From the NCBI GenBank assembly GCA_002772995.1, contig PFCO01000008.1, positions 23,150 through 87,149 of the forward strand: a stretch of DNA of 64,000 nt. Reading direction: 5' to 3'. A model generated the notes under the pieces. The model saw nothing but the letters and a program-made list of their open reading frames with translations. It had not been told where the DNA came from and did not search any database. This DNA is from Candidatus Niyogibacteria bacterium CG10_big_fil_rev_8_21_14_0_10_46_36 (lineage in GTDB: Bacteria; Patescibacteriota; Minisyncoccia; 1-14-0-10-42-19). The first letter of the stretch is position 1, and every line of letters starts with the position of its first letter. A program made the position numbers and the translations under genes. Shown in pieces: positions 56,271 through 64,000 of this stretch.

Positions 56271-56298
56271 TTGACAAAAATACTGGTACATATACCAT
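56271..56298 (+). promoter_or_regulatory. sigma70 promoter (leaderless) for trmB-glmS-yvcK
   Basis: TTGACA-16 nt-TACCAT, ATG 6 nt downstream. Confidence 0.65.
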
Positions 56299-56304
56299 AA
56301 AGTT

Positions 56305-57060
56305 ATGGTTCCAGAGCTCCAAACAGTCCTTAAGAGCATAGGATTGAACGATAAAGAAATATCAGTGTATGACGCCCTCCTGCCTCTCGGACGAGGCACG
56401 GTGCGTGAGCTGTCTACTCGGACCGGTATAAACAGGGGGACTGTTCACGACATTCTGGAGATTCTTCTCGAAAAAGGTCTTTTAGTATCTGAGCGCCAGG
56501 GTTCGCGGCGGCGTTTTCTACTCGCACCTCCCGAAAATATTATTTCGGTGTTGGAAGAAAAAAAACGATCCCTTCATGATCAGGCAAAGAAATTTGAAGA
56601 AGCAATGCCGCAACTCAAATCATTGTATGCCAAGCAAGGCGGGCGGCCCCGGGTAGAGTATTTTGATTCTGATGAGGGTATTAAAAAGATCCTTGAAGAT
56701 GTGCTGGAAACACTGCATACCCATGCAGACAAAAAAGAATATGTGCTCTATTCGTCAAAGTCCGTACGCAATTATTTGTACAAACTCTTCCCGAATTTTA
56801 CAAAAGAAAAAGTGAAGCGGAACATTTTCACAAAAGTTATCGGGCTGGGGGAGGGAGCAGATCCGAAACACATAACTATGGCTGAACGAAAAACTATCAA
56901 TCATGATGCTCCTGCCTATATGATCGTATACGGACCGAAGATAGCCTTGATATCAGTAGCGGAGGACGATATGCCGTTTGGTGTTCTTATTGATGATGAA
57001 AAAATATCAGGAACGCAACGATTACTATTTGATGAACTCTGGGAGAGGCTTGAACAGTAA
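56305..57060 (+). CDS. TrmB-family transcriptional regulator
   Basis: GLNDKEISVYDALL..TGINRGTVHDILEILLEKGL wHTH; C-terminal effector domain. Confidence 0.88.
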   Translation: MVPELQTVLKSIGLNDKEISVYDALLPLGRGTVRELSTRTGINRGTVHDILEILLEKGLLVSERQGSRRRFLLAPPENIISVLEEKKRSLHDQAKKFEEAMPQLKSLYAKQGGRPRVEYFDSDEGIKKILEDVLETLHTHADKKEYVLYSSKSVRNYLYKLFPNFTKEKVKRNIFTKVIGLGEGADPKHITMAERKTINHDAPAYMIVYGPKIALISVAEDDMPFGVLIDDEKISGTQRLLFDELWERLEQ

Positions 57061-57063
57061 TAT

Positions 57064-58914
57064 ATGTGTGGCATCGTTGGATACATAGGAAAGAAAGATG
57101 GACTAGCAGTCGTTACTAAAGGCCTTGAGCGCCTTGAGTATCGCGGATATGATTCTGCGGGTGTAGCATTCTTAGGAAAGCGAAGTCCTCATTTGCGCGT
57201 GGTAAAAACAGTAGGCCGTCTTCAGGCGCTTACCAGGGCGCTTTCAGGAAATGCATCGAAAGAACAGACGGCAGTCATCGGGCATACCCGTTGGGCAACA
57301 CATGGCGTTCCTACGAAACAAAATGCGCATCCGCACATAGGATGCAAAAAGGAGATAGCAGTCGTGCATAACGGCATCATAGAGAATCATGATGTGTTGC
57401 GCGAAGCGCTTGTTCGCGAAGGTCATACATTCCGCTCCCATACTGATTCAGAAGTATTGGTGCACCTCATTGAGCGGATGCTCTTATTCGGCGCCCCGTC
57501 TCTCGAAGATGCTCTGCGCCAAGCGCTGCATCATGTGCGCGGCACATTTGGGATAGCGGCATTCTCTTCGCGTTGGCCGGATACGATTGTTGCTGCGCGC
57601 CGGGGTTCTCCGCTTCTTGTTGGAATAGGGAAAGATGGAGAATACGTGGTGGCGTCAGACGCAAGCGCTATTGCGGAGCACACAAAACAGGTGTTGTATC
57701 TTAATGACAACGAAATGGTATCTTTGTCGCCGGCGGGGCATCGGGTGTTTGACATCGCAAATAATACACTTACAAAATCCGCGACTGTTGTTGATTGGAC
57801 TATAGAGGAATCTCAAAAAGGAGGCTTCCCGCATTTTATGCTGAAAGAAATACATGAAATACCCGAAGTGATACAGAATGCGCTGCGGGGGCGCGTGCTT
57901 GCTAAAGAAAATAGCGTAAAGCTCGGGGGACTTGAGCCAATCCAAAAAAAATTAGCGTCAATACAGCGCGTTATCATCGTTGCATGCGGGACTTCGTATT
58001 ATGCGGGCTTGATAGGCAAGTATCTCATAGAACGCATGGCGAAATTGCCGGTTGAAGTAGTCTATGCATCTGAGTTCCGATATGCGCCGCATGTGATAGA
58101 TAGGCATGTGTTAGTGATTGCTATTTCGCAGTCGGGAGAAACAGCCGATACGCTTGAAGCGGTGAAAGAAGCAAAGCGGGAGCGTGCGCTTACTCTTGGT
58201 ATTGTGAATGTCGTCGGGTCTTCTATCGCGCGCGAGGTGCATGCGGGGATATATAATCACGCGGGCCCCGAGATAGCGGTGGCCTCAACAAAGGCGTTTG
58301 TCTCGCAGCTTGCGGTGCTTGCGCTTTTTTCAGCGTACATAGGAGAGATGAGAAATACATTTTCAGAGGAAGAGCGTAAAGCATTCTTAAAAGATTTGCT
58401 GTCCCTTCCTCACAAATGCAAGCTTGTGCTGAAAGAAAGTAATACGGTAAAAAAAATAGCAAAAAAATTCCATACTGTGGGCGATGTTATGTTCTTGGGA
58501 AGGAAATATAATTGGCCGACAGCGCTTGAAGGTTCTTTGAAGCTGAAAGAAATATCCTATATCCACGCGGAAGGATATCCGGCGGGAGAAATAAAGCACG
58601 GCCCTATTGCATTGATTGATGCGAATATTCCTACGATTGTAATAGCGCTCAAGGATAGCGTGTATGAAAAGACAGTCTCCGCTATTCAGGAGATACGCGC
58701 CCGCAAGGGGCCGGTTATTGCCGTTGCTTCGGTAGGCGATGACGCAATTTTGAAATATACACAGTATGTTATGTTTATTCCGCAGATACGGGAGTCGCTT
58801 AGTCCTATGCTTGCGGTTATTCCGTTGCAGCTTTTTGCATATTATGTTTCTGTATTCCGGGGGACTGATGTCGACAAACCTAGGAATCTTGCGAAGAGCG
58901 TTACGGTGGAATAG
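57064..58914 (+). CDS. glmS: glutamine--fructose-6-phosphate aminotransferase
   Basis: MCGIVG, LEYRGYDSAG, GHTRWATHG, SQSGETADT, DKPRNLAKSVTVE. Confidence 0.98.
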   Translation: MCGIVGYIGKKDGLAVVTKGLERLEYRGYDSAGVAFLGKRSPHLRVVKTVGRLQALTRALSGNASKEQTAVIGHTRWATHGVPTKQNAHPHIGCKKEIAVVHNGIIENHDVLREALVREGHTFRSHTDSEVLVHLIERMLLFGAPSLEDALRQALHHVRGTFGIAAFSSRWPDTIVAARRGSPLLVGIGKDGEYVVASDASAIAEHTKQVLYLNDNEMVSLSPAGHRVFDIANNTLTKSATVVDWTIEESQKGGFPHFMLKEIHEIPEVIQNALRGRVLAKENSVKLGGLEPIQKKLASIQRVIIVACGTSYYAGLIGKYLIERMAKLPVEVVYASEFRYAPHVIDRHVLVIAISQSGETADTLEAVKEAKRERALTLGIVNVVGSSIAREVHAGIYNHAGPEIAVASTKAFVSQLAVLALFSAYIGEMRNTFSEEERKAFLKDLLSLPHKCKLVLKESNTVKKIAKKFHTVGDVMFLGRKYNWPTALEGSLKLKEISYIHAEGYPAGEIKHGPIALIDANIPTIVIALKDSVYEKTVSAIQEIRARKGPVIAVASVGDDAILKYTQYVMFIPQIRESLSPMLAVIPLQLFAYYVSVFRGTDVDKPRNLAKSVTVE

Positions 58915-58940
58915 ATTTTTATTACCCTAACCCAGTTTTT

Positions 58941-59933
58941 ATGAAAAAAGACCCATCAAAGAAGAAGAACATTGTTGTCATCGGTGGAGGAACAGGCACC
59001 TATACTGTTCTTTCGGGGCTTAAAAAATATCCGGTCACGCTTTCGGCTATTATCTCTATGGCTGATGACGGCGGCTCTACGGGGCTCCTGCGCGAGGAAT
59101 TCGGTATGCTTCCTGCAGGGGATGTGCGCCGTGCGCTTGTCGCTCTCTCTCCTCAAGAGAATGAATTTTTGGCACGTCTCTTTACCTATCGCTTTAAAGA
59201 AGGAGGCATGAATGGTCATAGTTTTGGTAATCTTATTTTGACTGCGCTTGAGCGTACCACTGGCAGTTTTGAAAGTGCGGTTGAAAAGGCGGCAGAGCTA
59301 TTAGATGTGCACGATAATTATGTTATTCCGGTAACACTTTCCAATGTCCGGCTGTTTGCCGAACTTGAAGATGGGTCAGTCATACAGGGAGAGACAAATA
59401 TAGACATTCCGAAGCATGACGGAACGCTCAAAATAACGCGCGTGTGGCTTGAGCCGAAAGCGCGGGCGAATATCAAGGCTGTACGTGCCATTAAACGCGC
59501 GGACCTTATTGTGATAGGCCCGGGCGATCTTTATACAAGCATCATTCCGAATCTCCTTGTGTCGGGGGTGCAAAAAGCACTCTTGGAGTCAAAGGCACGC
59601 AAGATCTATGTCATGAATTTGATGACAAAATTCGGGGAGACGCATGGATTTGTAGCACAGGACTTTATACACACTATTGAGTCGTATCTTGAACCGGGAT
59701 TTTTTGATGCGATCCTTGTAAATACAGGAAAGCCTCAGGAAAAAGTTTTGAAAAAATACCGCACAGAGCAGGCATACATGGTAGATAATTATTTTGAGCG
59801 CACAAAGCCCGGTTACCGCGGAAAATCTAAATTGATAAAAGCGCCATTTATCCGCGGGAGCGATCTCGTGCGGCATGATACAAAAAAACTTGCTGAGACC
59901 ATCTATAAATTATCCGAAAAGGCGAGGTGGTAA
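58941..59933 (+). CDS. yvcK: YvcK/GlmR UDP-GlcNAc-binding protein
   Basis: VVIGGGTG, MADDGGSTG.LR, GHSFGNL, IGPGDLYTSIIPNL, VRHD. Confidence 0.94.
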   Translation: MKKDPSKKKNIVVIGGGTGTYTVLSGLKKYPVTLSAIISMADDGGSTGLLREEFGMLPAGDVRRALVALSPQENEFLARLFTYRFKEGGMNGHSFGNLILTALERTTGSFESAVEKAAELLDVHDNYVIPVTLSNVRLFAELEDGSVIQGETNIDIPKHDGTLKITRVWLEPKARANIKAVRAIKRADLIVIGPGDLYTSIIPNLLVSGVQKALLESKARKIYVMNLMTKFGETHGFVAQDFIHTIESYLEPGFFDAILVNTGKPQEKVLKKYRTEQAYMVDNYFERTKPGYRGKSKLIKAPFIRGSDLVRHDTKKLAETIYKLSEKARW

Positions 59934-59937
59934 AATA

Positions 59938-59966
59938 AATTGCCACACTATAATAGTGTGGCAATT
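59938..59966. terminator. hairpin between convergent genes
   Basis: AATTGCCACACTA-TAA-TAGTGTGGCAATT. Confidence 0.7.
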
Positions 59967-59969
59967 GTT

Positions 59970-60428
59970 TTATGTTCTTTGTGTTGCAATCCACCGTTTA
60001 CATGCGGTGAATGCCGCTTCGTAGGTCTCGTTTTCAAAAAAGAATGTGTACTGCTCTGCGCTCGCGGGAATTTTTATCTCTATTTTTTCATTTTCCCAGA
60101 GCACTACCAGGGATGATTCTTTGTTTGCGATAAGAGACACCGGAATCTCTTTCCATGGTTTGAATGTTGGGCTGTTTTTTGCGATGATCATTTTTTTATC
60201 TGTGCAGACAACCCATGCGAGGAAAAAAGTATTGCCGTCTACCCAGCGGGATGCGTCGTACTTCACCCGTGAGAGCTGCCAGACATTCTGAGCGCGATCA
60301 GAGCCTTCGAGTGTGTTTTTTTTAAGATATGTTTCTGCGGCCGTGCGCATCTCTTCTTTGGATGGATTCGGGAACGGGTTTATTTTTTTTATAAAACGAA
60401 CGAATACTACAGCGAATTTTTTTATCAT
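59970..60428 (-). CDS. hypothetical protein
   Basis: ATGA overlap with the upstream acetyltransferase gene. Confidence 0.6.
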   Translation of the reverse strand: MIKKFAVVFVRFIKKINPFPNPSKEEMRTAAETYLKKNTLEGSDRAQNVWQLSRVKYDASRWVDGNTFFLAWVVCTDKKMIIAKNSPTFKPWKEIPVSLIANKESSLVVLWENEKIEIKIPASAEQYTFFFENETYEAAFTACKRWIATQRT

Positions 60429-61096
60429 TCGTATACCTCCCGGATTTGTATTATATTGTTGAGTCCAACCACTACTGCTCCTGCGGGTACATCTTGCGTG
60501 ATAATCGCGTTAGCTCCGATAATGGCACCGTCCCCGATACGCAATGCACCTTTGTTATTTTTTTGCGTTGAGACGAGGTTGGAGTGTATGCCCGTTTTAA
60601 CATGTTCGCCGATAACAGTTTTATTTTTTTGAATGCCGTCGTAATTCGCGGTAATAGTACTTGCGCCGATATTGGTATGTCTGCCAATCTTCGTATCCCC
60701 GAGATAACAGAAATGCTTTGCGGTGACATGCTCCATGATGGTACTCCGTGTTATTTCTGTATTGGGTCCCGTGGCAACATCACTACCGATGCATGCATCA
60801 ATAATATGTCCTCCTATGTTGCATCGGGAGCCTATCGTGCTTCGGGTGAGCCGGGTGCCCGGCTGTATCATGGTGTGTTCGCCGATATGCGTTTCTCCAA
60901 AAAAATACACATGCGGTCCGATAACACTGCCTGCACCGATATGAAGGCTATCGAGTCCGCTCGGGAGCCACACATAGACGGTCTCCCAGTCGACAAAAAC
61001 GACATTTTTGAATCTTTTATTGATGAAATCTATATCAACCAGGTCATATAACTTTTTGCCTTCTCTGTATAAAGAGAGGGATTGCTCATGATCCAT
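60425..61096 (-). CDS. GlmU-like hexapeptide (left-handed beta-helix) acetyltransferase, lacking uridyltransferase domain
   Basis: HFCYLGDTKIG..TNIGASTITANYDGIQKNKTVIG; AAAGGAG SD before ATG 61096. Confidence 0.82.
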   Translation of the reverse strand: MDHEQSLSLYREGKKLYDLVDIDFINKRFKNVVFVDWETVYVWLPSGLDSLHIGAGSVIGPHVYFFGETHIGEHTMIQPGTRLTRSTIGSRCNIGGHIIDACIGSDVATGPNTEITRSTIMEHVTAKHFCYLGDTKIGRHTNIGASTITANYDGIQKNKTVIGEHVKTGIHSNLVSTQKNNKGALRIGDGAIIGANAIITQDVPAGAVVVGLNNIIQIREVYE

Positions 61097-61162
61097 TATA
61101 CGCTCCTTTTTCAAATAATATGCTGCAGATACCATACTTGAAAAATTTGATTTTGTCTAGAT

Positions 61163-61195
61163 AAAAACCCCGGGGATGCCGGGGTTGTTTTTTTT
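61163..61195. terminator. intrinsic terminator
   Basis: AAAAACCCCGG-GGATG-CCGGGGTTGTTTTTT. Confidence 0.75.
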
Positions 61196-61757
61196 ATGTC
61201 ATATGATTGATAAGGAACGGGAGTGATGTCAGGGGCGCTATAATGAGGAGTGCTTCTCCTGTCTGGTATAACATGATCTCTATCTGCGTGCTTCGAAGGG
61301 ACTTTTTTTCATAGTCTTTTTCGCGCTCTTGTACTAACCCCGCGTATTGTTCTGCCACCACATACATAGCCGTGACAATGATAGCTACAGGACCAATAAA
61401 TATAACCCATGGCAATATTGTCACCGACGGATGTATTATGTTGTCGATAATACCGAATCCTGTTGCTATAGAAACAGCAGGGAGAATCATCTGCATGCCG
61501 CGCATGAGCTGTACGCGCTTATCTTTGTCGCGCAGAGCAAATCCGGACGAGAAGCCCACAATAATGGCCGATAAAAACATAGGATCCATAGCGGTCTTTT
61601 TTGTTGTCATAAGTATTGCTATCGCCGGACTTGCATATAATGTAAGCGTTTTTTCGGGGACGGGCATGATATCAAATGCTACAAGGGCTACCGTAACTGC
61701 AAAGATGAACCAGAGCGTCGCTATGCTGAAGAGCATGTTTATTTTTAAATTTCCCAT
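61194..61757 (-). CDS. hypothetical membrane protein
   Basis: About five TM; GAGGT SD before ATG 61757. Confidence 0.7.
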   Translation of the reverse strand: MGNLKINMLFSIATLWFIFAVTVALVAFDIMPVPEKTLTLYASPAIAILMTTKKTAMDPMFLSAIIVGFSSGFALRDKDKRVQLMRGMQMILPAVSIATGFGIIDNIIHPSVTILPWVIFIGPVAIIVTAMYVVAEQYAGLVQEREKDYEKKSLRSTQIEIMLYQTGEALLIIAPLTSLPFLINHMT

Positions 61758-61825
61758 TTCGCACACCTCGTGCTTTGTTTTTTTCCGTTCCAACCATATC
61801 ATATATGTGATGGCTGTTCAAGTAT

Positions 61826-61856
61826 AAAAAAATCCGCCCTCTATACGGGGGCGGAT
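61826..61856 (-). terminator. terminator of ftsH
   Basis: ATCCGCCC(T)C...GGGGGCGGAT with A-run on plus strand (U-run on minus). Confidence 0.75.
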
Positions 61857-61868
61857 ACTATGTATGTG

Positions 61869-63770
61869 CTATTCTGCGCCTTTTTGCCTTCGTTTATTTT
61901 TTTCTATGATAGTGAGAAATGTTCCACGGTCTATCTGCTCTTCGCGAAGAAGTGTTTCCTTTAGATCAAGCAGTGTGTCCTCATTGTCGCTGATAATTTT
62001 CTCCGCTTGCGTCCGCAGATCTTGCAGTATGGCATCTATCTCTAAATCTATTTTTTGCAGCAGTGCCTCAGAATTTGCCTGTTGGCCTTCGGGCATGCCG
62101 TACTGTGCCTGGTGCGGTGCGGTAATGCAGCGGGGGCCGATTGCTTTGGACATACCCCATTTAGTGACCATGTTATAAGCAAGCCCAGTGACTTGTTCCA
62201 GGTCCGCAGAAACGCCTCTGCAGTTATCCCCGTAAACTTTATGTTCCGCTACATAGCTTCCCAGCCCCATCGCGATATCTGCTTCTATTTGTTCTCGGGA
62301 AAAAAGCTGAATATCTTCCTCGGCTATGGTCCTGACATACCCTCCCGCAGTGCGGCGTGGAACAATGGAGACTATTTCTACCCGTTTGCCGCCTCGTCCC
62401 TCAAAGTGGTAGCCGACAAGGGCGTGGCCTGCTTCGTGTGTCGCTATGCGGTCTCTTTGTTTGTGGGAAACAGTGATGCTTTTTCTTCTTGCTCCGAGAT
62501 GCACTTTATCGATTGCTTCATCAAAGTGCTTTTGCTGTACTGAATTCGCTTTTTCCCGTATAGCAAGGAGCGTTGCATCGTTGACTATATTTTCGAGTTC
62601 TGCGCCTGAGTGTTGGAATGTTTTTTCCGCTATCGTTTTCAGGTCGAGATCATCGCCCCGTTTGATCTTCTGCGCGTATAGTTCAAGTATTGCGAGCCGG
62701 TCTTTTTTCAGAGGAAGCTCGAAATATACTTTTCTGTCGAATCGCCCGGGCCGGACAAGCGCTGGGTCAAGGACATCGTCCCGGTTTGTAGCACCGATAA
62801 CGATTATGCTTTCGTTATTTTCGAACCCGTCCATTTCGGTGAGAAGCTGCCCCAGGGTTTGTTCGTATTCATCATGCCCGCCGATTTTGACATTGCTTCG
62901 GGCTTTTCCTACTGCGTCAAGCTCATCGATAAAAAGTATAACCTTCCCGCCCTTTTCTACGATTTTTCGTGCACGCCCGAATAGATCTCGTATCTTGCTT
63001 GCGCCCGCACCAACGAACAACTCAACATTTTCGGATGCCGAGCCGTGAATGAACGAAACGCCCGCTTCGCCGGCTATCGCTTTTGCAAGAAGTGTTTTTC
63101 CTGTTCCCGGGGGCCCGATAAAAAGAGCACCGTTTGGCATGCGCCCCCCCATATCCTTAAACCGTTCGGGTTCTTTTAAGGAGTCGATAAGTTCTTGTGC
63201 TTCGATCTTTGCGTCTTCAAGCCCCGCGACATCCTTGAATGTGAGCTTTCCTTTTTCGGGGTCGTAGAGTTTCGCTTTGCTTTTCATAAAGCTAAATAGC
63301 GTAGCACCTCCTCCGGCATTCCGCTTCACCATATAGAGGAATAACAGGATGAGCATGCCCCAGAAAATGAATTGGCTATACTTTTGTACCATGTAGCCTA
63401 TTCCTGTTGAGCGAAGATCGGTAAAATCAACCTTTGTCAGGTCGCCTCCTTTTTGAGCCAGGAGCGTGCTTATGGTATCCAGTGCGGCACCTTCCTGGAT
63501 GGGCATTGAATATATTTTAGAGGTATCGTCGGCGGTCGTTTTTATGACGATCTCAAGATATGTTTCTCGGACATTAATAGTTGCTTCTGCTGTCTCGGCG
63601 TCATTTATCATAAGCACAAGATCGTTGTAGCTGATATTGCTCTGGGATTTGCGGGCGTCTATGGTGTTTACCAAAAGAAAAACGCCGGCAACAACCACGA
63701 CAAGCAGTACCGGAGCTAGTCGTTTCAGCCACTTCATAAGCGGAGTCGGATTCTTGTTATTCTTGAACAT
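61869..63770 (-). CDS. ftsH: ATP-dependent zinc metalloprotease FtsH
   Basis: Two TM; [11 protein letters not shown] pore loop, [28 protein letters not shown]. Confidence 0.95.
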   Translation of the reverse strand: MFKNNKNPTPLMKWLKRLAPVLLVVVVAGVFLLVNTIDARKSQSNISYNDLVLMINDAETAEATINVRETYLEIVIKTTADDTSKIYSMPIQEGAALDTISTLLAQKGGDLTKVDFTDLRSTGIGYMVQKYSQFIFWGMLILLFLYMVKRNAGGGATLFSFMKSKAKLYDPEKGKLTFKDVAGLEDAKIEAQELIDSLKEPERFKDMGGRMPNGALFIGPPGTGKTLLAKAIAGEAGVSFIHGSASENVELFVGAGASKIRDLFGRARKIVEKGGKVILFIDELDAVGKARSNVKIGGHDEYEQTLGQLLTEMDGFENNESIIVIGATNRDDVLDPALVRPGRFDRKVYFELPLKKDRLAILELYAQKIKRGDDLDLKTIAEKTFQHSGAELENIVNDATLLAIREKANSVQQKHFDEAIDKVHLGARRKSITVSHKQRDRIATHEAGHALVGYHFEGRGGKRVEIVSIVPRRTAGGYVRTIAEEDIQLFSREQIEADIAMGLGSYVAEHKVYGDNCRGVSADLEQVTGLAYNMVTKWGMSKAIGPRCITAPHQAQYGMPEGQQANSEALLQKIDLEIDAILQDLRTQAEKIISDNEDTLLDLKETLLREEQIDRGTFLTIIEKNKRRQKGAE

Positions 63771-63906
63771 GATATCTCCTTTCCGTAAGAATCATTTTTT
63801 TTCAATGAAATATCCCTGAAATTATACGGAATTTTTTTTTATAAATCAATACCTTATCAATGTAGGTATAATATGGTATAGTAGCCTCATATTTTTTACT
63901 GTGCAT

Positions 63907-64000
63907 ATGGAAATCGTTCAACTCACACAAGAAACGGAACAGGCCTGTTTATTCCAGGCGGTGAAGATATTAAAAAGCGGAGGTGTTGTCGTCTTCCCGA
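63907..64000 (+). CDS. tsaC: L-threonylcarbamoyladenylate synthase (Sua5/TsaC), 3' truncated by window edge
   Basis: MEIVQLTQETEQACLFQAVKILKSGGVVVFP matches the A..L..GGVV.FPT N-terminus. Confidence 0.75.
   Translation, partial: MEIVQLTQETEQACLFQAVKILKSGGVVVFP

Noticed and set aside
56114-56304. Replication origin or glmS ribozyme
   Set aside because: Only one perfect DnaA box and no dnaA/dnaN nearby; glmS lies directly behind the TrmB gene and no ribozyme core is seen
1-64000. Alternative genetic code (TGA=Gly, code 25)
   Set aside because: Conserved genes are intact under code 11 and several end at TGA at the expected C-terminus

Overview
This is a gene-dense bacterial chromosomal segment using genetic code 11 (TGA is a stop). 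Its gene content suggests Patescibacteria/CPR, Parcubacteria-like (inference): TrmB regulator, orphan VirD4-like ATPase, GT39/GtrA glycosylation genes, DUF5652 and many small membrane ORFans. Housekeeping genes are typA (partial), msrA, uppP, pepF, mltG, mnmA, ddl, leuS, glmS, yvcK/glmR, ftsH and tsaC (partial). It also carries a copper/thiol-redox operon, a Fur/Zur-type zinc locus and a MacAB-like ABC exporter. I saw no rRNA, tRNA, CRISPR array, integrase or transposase. The most notable observations are: (1) a stand-alone 1005-aa ORFan with two tandem calcineurin-like metallophosphoesterase domains (one degenerate, one intact), divergent from a truncated DEDD exonuclease; (2) an unannotated ~131-nt 6S-like RNA with its own promoter and terminator; (3) a eukaryote-type arginine (phosphagen) kinase; (4) an operator-controlled structured leader before the copper/redox operon; (5) a zinc-finger L/F-tRNA-protein transferase next to leuS; (6) cryptic papain-like and caspase-like secreted proteases; (7) a split between leaderless core genes and SD-led accessory genes. 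All assignments come from motif reading by eye; no searches were run.
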